The position numbers were made by a program, and so were the translations under genes. From positions 249,233 to 313,232 of the forward strand of contig NMRA01000064.1 of assembly GCA_002633005.1 (NCBI GenBank): 64,000 nt of DNA, in the 5' to 3' direction. This document shows, in pieces, positions 55,301-64,000 of the stretch. Below the pieces are notes generated by a model. The model saw only the letters and a program-made list of their open reading frames with translations. It was not told where the DNA came from and ran no database searches. Each line of letters starts with the position of its first letter. Positions within the stretch are counted from its first letter, which is position 1. This stretch comes from Phoronis australis (taxonomy: Eukaryota > Animalia > Phoronida).

Positions 55301-58300
55301 TAGAATTCGTATGAGATCCTCGTCACACTAAAAGATCTAAACTCACACCCTGTGTCTCATGTATGACAAAGAACCTGATAAGCAAGCATTTTTAACTGGT
55401 CAGGAGAAAAATTCTGTGCGCAACATAGGCTGAAAAGGATTCTTTAACACAATATTTAAATTGATAAAAAGTTCAATTACAAACAGATTTTTTTGCAATG
55501 ATTCTCTTACTGCAGCATTGAATCCTTGAATATTTGGAGTAAGAGCTGAAAACACAACACCAGGCTTCTTTTTTATTCTTTGATAGACACTGCTATTATC
55601 AGCCATCTGAAATAAGCATATAGTTGTTAGTAAAAATACTAACAATTTAATCAGTTTGTACATCACCTTAGTTCAAGTAGAACCATCAGTCTCAGTCTTT
55701 CTTGTTAAAAGACTCAAAAGGTTCACTCCTTTACAAAAAAGCAAAACAAGGCATTTTGTCATGTGTATCCTTATAAACTCTGTATTTTGGAAGCAAATTT
55801 TTACAAACTGGCCTTTGGAATAAAGAAATTTAGTTTCAATTCAACAGCCAAAAAGTCAGGAATTATGGGTTGACGCTAGAGATTAAGAGTTTTACTTTAC
55901 GTACAAGGTATCACAGGGCACTAATACTGCCCGTAAAAATCAATTTTAAAAATACATAAACATCAAGGTTTGGCAGGAAAACACATTTTTTCAATGTTAC
56001 ATCCTTGCCTGAGGAACCCATTTTGGAGAAACGAAACTTGTAACTTCAATCACAGAGAGTCCCGCGTCTGACAGTCTATTGATGAGATCAACTTTAGTGT
56101 CTGTGGGGACGATTTCCTAAAACCAAATAAAGCAAAATAATACAATTAAGTCTCAACAGAGTTAAATTCAAAAAATAACAAATCATAAAGAATACATCAT
56201 TCAAAGTTCAGTAATCATTTATGACTTATAAGTTGCCTTTACAAATTACACCAGACTCACCCCTGATCACCTGCAGACAGCCCATTACCATACCCTTAGT
56301 AATTAGGATGAACTACGCCCAATCTGATAGAAATAATGACAACTATGTGCACTATTTTCTGACAAAGATTTACAGGCTCAGTTAGCTGAGGTATGTCTTT
56401 ATGAATAGGCTTAATTGCTGCTTGGCTGCACCTTAATTTCTATCACCAGAATTCGCATGAGGTGTAAAGCACCATGCTTAGCCTAGTCTTGGTGTAGTAT
56501 GGTCATGTTTCAAGTGATAATTATGATAACTCAAAAACTCAACCACACGTTCACATAATGTAAACCACTCTTTGAACTATGTTAATAATTTATCACGTTT
56601 GCGTTGTTGTCTAGTCATGATGTAATACTCACAAATATCACATGGGATGAAAGTCAACAACAAACACCTCTTGAAATTGTTATGTGTGACATTACTACGT
56701 ACCTTCTCATTTTGCAGGCCATCTCTTGGTCCAACTTCAACAATTTTAACAAACTTTGGTAAAGATGTGCTCTGAAATAGTAAAACAAGACATTTATCTT
56801 TGATCAGGACAGAGCTTACTGTCGTCACAGGACTGGAAAATGCGTACCCACCTGGATATGCCAAAACACTAGGGAAGCAATACATGGTGATCACTGAGTA
56901 TTGAAAATATACCGGCCAATAAGTTGATAATTCACAGCAGCTAAAATGGGAGCCCTAAAACTATTGTAACCCGTCCTGTCATTTTTTAACAAAATTAATT
57001 CATTTTGTAAACTTTTTAGTATTTCATTATGTTTTATTGTCGAGATGGACCGTCCGGAGTAGGCAGGCGGGCTACTCCGGACGATCTGAATTAACCGCAA
57101 GTCTCTCCGCTCAATTACTCTTTATTGCACTTCAATTTGACTGCGTTAGGATAAGAGTTGCCTGAAGAATTAAGACGTTTGATTTCATCTTTCGCCCTTT
57201 TTGTCGGCAGAAATAGAGTTCACATTATTTTGAATTCCTCATAAAAATTGGAGTATATGCCCTTTCTCTCACAAAAATCGGTCAAGTTTCGTGAAAGATG
57301 GCTGTAATATTTGTACTGCCTTGTGGAAGAATCCCGCAGCTGCCTATCCTGTCTAACAGAAATTGACGACTAAACCTTTAAAATGAGACGGCCTCTTCAA
57401 GAAATATTCTTGTCCCTTGCGATGAACACTAATGTTCACTTGAAGGTGTAGCTATTTCACACCAGCATTTCCCATAAACCCTTTCACACTTGATCTCTCT
57501 CCAACAAAACACAGTCATGTATTTCCAGACGTCAACGTCTCGCAAATTCTACCTCCCAAAGCAAGAATCAAAATTGACCACTGGATTCTAAAGTTGGCAG
57601 CCAGTGCACATTATTTCTTACTCACTAAATGAAAGTAGTTCACAACTCAGTGGTCAGAACTAATTACCATGCAGCTGGAGACAGACAAAGGCCTATTCAA
57701 ATCACTGATAAAAGCGTGAACAGCTCAAAATTATATTCCCTGAAGCCCTTAATTTTGCTTCACAATCAAAATAACGTTATGTATAGCAAAAACCAAACTC
57801 TTTATTAATTTTACTTAAATGAGTCATATTCCCTGGCGCAAATAGTGTAAAAAAGGCCAGTTGCTGATTTGGGCAACTCAATGAAGGACTGTTCAAAAAA
57901 GTTTGGTTGCAGCAGTATTTTTTCGAGCAGAGAAGAGTTAAAGACATAAACGACTTCTTAAGGTATCCCTCTATGCGCAAAAGGTACTTATAGGAGCATG
58001 ATTTAATTAGTGTGATGCATAATTCGTAGTAAAGCTTCCAGCATATGAAGAGCCTATGGGATGGACACTGTCTCCTATTGCACCCAGCTGAGGTGGTGGT
58101 GCTGTCTAGGAAGAATGAAATGACATGTATTACAATTACATGGTACAAATCATTACAAATGTTTTTATTTTAAAGGGCTGTGGACTGTACTGAACAAAAA
58201 GTATGGGTTGACTCCATGATCTTGCATGCACTCCCGCCTATCAAGCGCTATACAAGTCCACAGCTTTTTGAAAAAGGCATCCTTATCTACATGCGCACCC

Positions 58301-58582
58301 AAAGGCCTGACTTGGATTATCCCTGGAACTCAGTATGAACTATGTTCCAAAATGAAAACATTTCAGCGCCACCTGTTGTGTTTATCTAAAAGTGGCACTA
58401 AGTGATACATTGCTTTCAATTAAATACAATATTGAGAAATAAGAAGCAAATTAAATGAAGCAGTTGTGTAGGTAAGTTTATGCTGGTTTCGTTTGCAAAC
58501 TCACGGCAACATCGATAAACTTTTGACGAGCTTGAAACAAAATGTTTGAAGAGGCTTTCACAACGTATCTACTTAGAACCAT
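49331..58582 (-). CDS. HMGCL: Hydroxymethylglutaryl-CoA lyase, 10 exons, 327 aa
   Basis: Exons 58582-58505, 56771-56703 ([15 protein letters not shown]), 56116-56009 ([13 protein letters not shown] donor), 55606-55511, 54724-54666 (IFGAASE), 54238-54149 (KNINCS), 53203-53140 ([12 protein letters not shown]), 52378-52190 ([22 protein letters not shown]), 51292-51167 ([14 protein letters not shown]), 49435-49331 (ends SHL). Total 984 nt. Confidence 0.96.
49479..49513. repeat. (TAA)n microsatellite
   Basis: Directly visible. Confidence 0.9.
49595..49742. mobile_element. Short hAT-like MITE
   Basis: Termini caggggcgaatctag and ctaaatctgccactg are imperfect inverted repeats; no clear target-site duplication. 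Confidence 0.5.
52557..52777. repeat. Minisatellite, ~54-55 bp unit x 4
   Basis: caaaatatgtcaaacatgagcctattataactcctggatggtatttgtagagaa repeated. Confidence 0.9.
53540..53951. mobile_element. MITE of the same family as 22644-22933, carrying an amplified subterminal repeat
   Basis: Left end gggtcagtttcaagaatgtgacc; right end agtcacttttcatgaaacaaactcc. Confidence 0.6.
53550..53714. repeat. Minisatellite, 18-bp unit (caagaatgtgacctaaga) x 9
   Basis: Directly visible; source of the QECDLR ORF. Confidence 0.95.
54042..54161. repeat. Minisatellite, 24-bp unit x 5 spanning an HMGCL exon/intron junction
   Basis: cggtgacctaccccctaactggta x5; the rightmost copy contains the real donor at 54149/54148. 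Confidence 0.95.
54403..54546. mobile_element. Short MITE (Harbinger-like TIR)
   Basis: gggctgggttggataaaact is inverted with acttttatgcaactgggccc. Confidence 0.55.
57290..57475 (+). mobile_element. Fragment of the same Helitron family (3' part, without hairpin)
   Basis: Similar to 1885-2062 (tttgtactgcct..aagaatccc.cagc, ctcttcaagaa.tattc, gatgaaca, aggtgta.ctattt). Confidence 0.7.
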
Positions 58583-58692
58583 TTTTGTGCTCTCCAATGT
58601 TTGGAGATACATAAAAGGATTGCTTTCAAAAAGCGGTTGTTTGCGACGGTTGCGGCTGGGAAGCCACTTCAGTAATGCGATTGTTTTAAAAT
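58583..58692. promoter_or_regulatory. Bidirectional promoter of HMGCL (-) and LRRC45 (+), with a probable non-coding LRRC45 exon ending at 58692
   Basis: HMGCL ATG at 58582; perfect plus-strand donor gtaagt at 58693. The LRRC45 ATG exon has an upstream acceptor at 61445. Confidence 0.6.
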
Positions 58693-59128
58693 GTAAGTAA
58701 ATCTGAGATTTGCATAACTTTGTATGACGGAGTTGGAATTGCCCTCAGTAATAAATAGGTAGCGTAATCTTAGAAATCCTAACCAACCAACGTCAGTTGC
58801 ACTGTGTGACACTGTCGCTGTGCTGCACTGCTGCACAGACATTCAGTCACTTCAGTAATTCAGTTGCAGTTTCAGTTTGCTGATGCAGGATTTCCCAGGT
58901 GACATCAATTGTAAATTTAAGCATGAAACGACTTGATTTATGTAAACACATGGCAGGACACTCAACATATGTTTTAGCAGTGTTTATTAAGTCGTGTGAA
59001 CTCCCCAGTTACGCATGTGGTCACTCCTGAAGACTCTTATTAAAGTTATTTTGCATTTGTACTACTATCATTTATTCCCAGGTTAGACAGTGACCACAGT
59101 CTCTACTGGCTCGCAGTAGAGGCTGTGA

Positions 59129-59635
59129 AGCTCCTATAGGCGCTTCATATGATTTTTGGCAAATTTTGCCTCACACTGACTAAAACATCAATGCTACGTT
59201 GTTATAGTCTTTTGCGCATTAAAGAGGGACACCTTAGCCTCAGGAGGCCATAGATGTATTTATATTCCTTCCAACTTGAACAAATACTCAGGTTATCAAG
59301 CTTTTTCTTCAATCAGTCCTTCGTTCAGTTCCCAAAATTGGTAACTCGCCATTTTTAACACTGCGCGCCAGGTGGTCGTCATCATGTCCTCTGGCGCATG
59401 CAATGTTAAAAATGGTGAGTTACCGATTTTGGGAACTGAACGACGGACTGCTCAAAGAAAAAGTTTGATAACAGGAGTATTTGTTCAAGTCGGAAGGAAT
59501 TACATACGTCAACGGCCTCCTAAGGTGTCCTTTTGAGAGCAAAAGGTATTTATAGCAATGTGACTTTGATGTTTTAGTCAGTTCGAGGCATAATTCACCG
59601 AAATGCTTCCGGCGTATGAAGCACCTATAGGAGCT
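59129..59635. mobile_element. Foldback element / long palindrome (~240-bp arms, ~20-nt spacer)
   Basis: Ends agctcctatagg / cctataggagct. Internal pairs include cttgaacaaatactc / gagtatttgttcaag and gttcagttcccaaaat / attttgggaactgaac. Confidence 0.9.
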
Positions 59636-60264
59636 ACATCTTGCACAAAGTTAATGTCATTAAAAACTATACTCATCCTTGATTACTTTAATTTGGTTAC
59701 CACAACGAAAGGAATGTCATTCGTCCATTACTGAGCATTCTGCATTACCGGGTAAGTAAACTTTGGGGGCGGTGAAATTGAACGTTATCTGTTGGTTAAT
59801 CTTTGTTTTCACCGATCCTTCAATGGGATATTCTTCATTTATAAGATTGCACACAGTTCAATGCAAATTACCAGAAGTGGTTGCATTTTGCTCGTAGTTT
59901 TGAATACTTTACAGCCAAGGAACCAAAATTCTTACATTTTTCCTTACTAGTAGGCAAAGTTGTCATCATCTCCCAAAAGATGTCACTTTCCAAATCAAAA
60001 ATCAAGCAACTGGGCCATGTGTTTGTCTCAAGTGTGCTGTGAACGTTGTGAATTTCTGGTTCCGGGCTTGATGTACGGTATGTTCATATCCATAAAAAGC
60101 CTCTCTAAATTGCATGCCATTGGGTTGAATGATTTGAGACAGAGAGAGAGAGAGATCAGAATTTTTATTTAATCTGACACAAATGTACAAAATGAAACAA
60201 AGAGTAACACACGAAAGAGCGTATGTACAATCAAGAATATAACAATGACTGCTATTATATTGTA

Positions 60265-60963
<699 letters not shown>

Positions 60964-61463
60964 TCGTCCATCAACTTATCTCTCTGCTGGCTCCATCTCC
61001 AGCTTTAGATGCTTCAGTGTCCTAGGTAAAGAATTTTGATTTTCAGCTTTAGCTCTACATGGGAAATACTCTGTTTGCCTGTAACAATCCTAGGAGAGGT
61101 TTGACAGCTCACCTCATGCCCCTGGTAAATCTATTTTGGCTCTGGACACATTTGCACTGTTGTGGTTAAATGAAAAAACAATGTTGGAAAATGTTTTAAT
61201 CGCTCACCTATGGGCAATTTTTTTTTGGTCTTATTATTTTTAACCTGTCTTAAAAGATGTAGACTCTGCAATATTGTTCAACTCCTATACCTTGGTATTT
61301 TTTCTACAGTGGAACTCAAGTTTGGTTCAACTCACAACTCATGGTCGAAAAGGAGTCAAACAGAGATTGTGTGTGTGTTGTGGGTCTTGGGATTCAGAAT
61401 TACGTCTGTGGGCTTGTTTGTGAACACTGTGAATCTTATTTTCAGGTATTTCCGGATCTAAGT

Positions 61464-62946
61464 ATGGATGACTTCAAGTTTTTGTACCTTTCACTCTGTA
61501 AAGAGCATCACATTGAGCCACAGGACTGTGTAATTCGCCAGCTTAGAAGGTATCAAGTTATACGTTTTTAAAATTCAGAATTGTGTTATATTTTTTCTTG
61601 ATGTTTTGCCACAGATTTGCTTCAAGTAAGTAACGCATGTAACCCAAATAAGTCAGTCAACTGAAAATGGTTAATTTTTGTATGTTACATAATTATAATG
61701 CCTACTAAAAGCATAGCCATGGTTCAATATTTTCTGCTACTAACCAGTCTGTGGTGGACTTCAACAATTCAGGATGGACCAATAAGTGAAGAGAAAAGAT
61801 GTTTTTGTCAGGAAGGTTGTCTGAGTGAGGATTGATCGACCTAATTTAGATCCGCCCATGTATACCCTGTGTGAAGGTCTTGATCTCTGAGTGCCTGTTT
61901 ACAGTTGGAGAAATATTTTGTACATATATTGCCATTTATCTTTTGATCTAAATCTTGTTCCAGTCCATCAAGTAAAAAATCTCCTTGACTGGATTTTCAA
62001 GAGTTTTTTTCTCTGTACCTAACAGAATGAAAATTTCCATGTAGACTTTTACATCAATTTAATTATTTGTCGGTGTACAATACACCTAATGCTAATCTTG
62101 CTCTTTTCTTTGTTGTCCAGCGGTCAGTCTGCCCCCAGGTCTGGTCGTGGGTCAGTCCTGAATTTATCGACTTGTAGTCTTACCATAAAGACATGCGCTG
62201 TTCTGGGTAAAATTTTGGCAACGGACAGATCTGTGCATGAATTGAAGCTTGCCGACTGTATGCTGAATGAAGAAGGTATGTTGCAGAGGCTTTGTTAAAA
62301 AGGGCGTGGTAGTATTCAGCATTTGAGGAAGTCGGCCATGTTCTCCCTGCATGCATTCAAACATACCGTATACTACTGCACTGCATTGCATTGTTCACAA
62401 ATCTTGAGGCATATGTTTAAAAACTTCTGTTCTTTCTTTAAAAATTTGAATCATTTGAAAACTTTTAGCTTAATCTGTTTTATATGACGGTGATTGAAGT
62501 AGCATTGCCTTTTTGTTAATTTATTCTCATGCTTTTGTGGTAAAAATTACTAGTGGCATGCTCAGCAAGTGAACATGAAGTGTGATAGATACTAAAGATG
62601 TTGTGAAGAGTCGAGATATGAAACTATGACATGCGGCATTTTGAGCTGTTGTAGAACATTGACATTTCAGTGTATACTTGATGTCAAGAATGAACGCACA
62701 AGTTTGGTCATTTTAAATAAAAAACTGTGTCATTTCCTCCTTTGTTTATGTACAATATTTTAAATATTGTGTGACGTGTAGCTATAAAGATGTTGTTTGG
62801 TTTGCTTTCATCCTCTCGTTCAGTAGATATCCAGGGTGACGTTTTCACTATCTTGACAATGCTAGGATTCTTTTTGTCTTTCAGGAGTGAAAGCAATTGC
62901 TCACGGTCTCTCCTCCAATGTAACCTGTGTGAAACTGGATCTTAAG
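61464..62946 (+). CDS. LRRC45: Leucine-rich repeat-containing protein 45, first three coding exons (continues beyond the window)
   Basis: Exons 61464-61549 (MDDFKFLYLSLCKEHHIEPQDCVIRQLR), 62121-62275 (LNLSTCSLTIKTCAVLGKIL...LADCMLNEEG), 62885-62946 (HGLSSNVTCVKLDLK). Matches the vertebrate LRRC45 N-terminus (MEEF..Y..LC.E...EPQE; LSDCMLSEEG; LDLKGN). Confidence 0.9.
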
Positions 62947-63112
62947 GTAGTTAACTTATTATCTGCAAGTTGACCCGAAGTTACCTATCTCAGACTTGCT
63001 TCAACTTGAAATATTCATTGTGTGTCTCATAATTAATGAATCATAATTTTCTAGGTCATGTTTTTATTATGGTCAGGATTTGAGCAAAACACAAGTGTGT
63101 CCAGGCAATCAC

Positions 63113-63159
63113 TTAGACCAGTGCAAGTTGACTTAGGTGCAACTTGCACTGGTTTAAGC
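63113..63159. repeat. Hairpin/palindrome within a probable MITE
   Basis: cttagaccagtgcaagttg pairs with caacttgcactggtttaag. Confidence 0.7.
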
Positions 63160-63799
63160 GTCCATGTAGACAAAACTTAAACTGGGAGTGACAAGTCACA
63201 ACTTACCCCAGCTATTCAAACTAGTGCAACTTGCACCCAATCAACTTGCTTTACTTCAAGCTGGGAGAACTAGTTCTTACTTCAATTGTCCGTCTGGCAA
63301 GGTGGAAGTCATAAGGTGTGCGCTTGCGCAACTGAATTTATCCAGTCATTGCTTTTCGCATCATTTACAAATTCACACCAAAATTCCCTTTTCTCACAAT
63401 CCATAAAATATTAACCAAAAAGTTGAGGGAAATATCGCAAAATGTTGCTTCTTTGAACTCCCGTCACTGTGCAGTTGTGTGCCCAGTACTGCTAAACCTA
63501 CTAGAATTACATGTGCAGTGATTTCTACCTTGCTCCCCTTCCTTGACACACCAGTCGTGGAATAAAAGTGTTCACAAGCGACTGTCCATTGGGCACAAGT
63601 TCCCCTTGGTGTAACACGTACTAGTTTAAGTGCCTGTCTCTACAGAGCTGTATATGATAAATGAAGGTGTCATGTTTATGTAAGTCCCTAAAAATGTCCA
63701 AGTTTGGCTAACTTCGGAACATCGTATTTCAGAAAATGACTGATCAGATTCACGTGAAACATTTAGATTCTATAGTTTACAACACTGACTGGATGATGA

Positions 63800-64000
63800 T
63801 TGGTGTCAGGTTATTGGTGTCAGGTTACTGGTGTCAGATTATTGGTGTCAGGTTACTGGTGTCAGGTTACTGGTGTCAGGTTACTGGGCGTCAGGTTACT
63901 GGCGTCAGGTTACTGGCGTCAGGTTATTGGCGTCCGGTTACTGGCGTCAGGTTACTGGCGTCAGGTTACTGGCGTCAGGTTACTGGCGTCAGGTTACTGG
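63800..64000. repeat. Minisatellite, 14-bp unit (tggygtcaggttac), runs off the window end
   Basis: Directly visible. Confidence 0.97.

Noticed and set aside
57777-58148. ORF/acceptor in HMGCL intron 1 as an extra coding exon
   Set aside because: In the required phase it reaches TAA before any good donor, and exon 1 already joins exon 2 in frame.

Overview
AT-rich, intron-rich animal genomic DNA (probably a marine invertebrate or lophotrochozoan, inferred from gene and repeat style; not prokaryotic). Five spliced genes alternate in orientation: AP1AR/gadkin (+, first coding exon not found), a DEAD-box RNA helicase with a mitochondrial-type presequence resembling the DDX21/plant RH9-RH53 clade (-, 599 aa), LDAH (+, 310 aa), HMGCL (-, 327 aa) and the 5' part of LRRC45 (+). 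This gives two compact head-to-head promoters and two tail-to-tail junctions with crossed poly(A) signals. Exon chains were assembled by hand and the intron phases are consistent. Introns hold an apparently complete non-autonomous Helitron, MITEs/foldbacks, LINE and SINE fragments, many minisatellites, a HIRAN-like remnant and a decayed intronless TatD nuclease. The best leads are a duplicated W-acidic-motif exon in AP1AR, candidate alternative starts that bypass the mitochondrial presequences of HMGCL and the helicase, a minisatellite built from an HMGCL splice donor, the TatD relic, and an array of CTCF-like motifs. Gene identities rest on remembered sequence similarity, with no database search. 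No intact novel multi-gene system was found.
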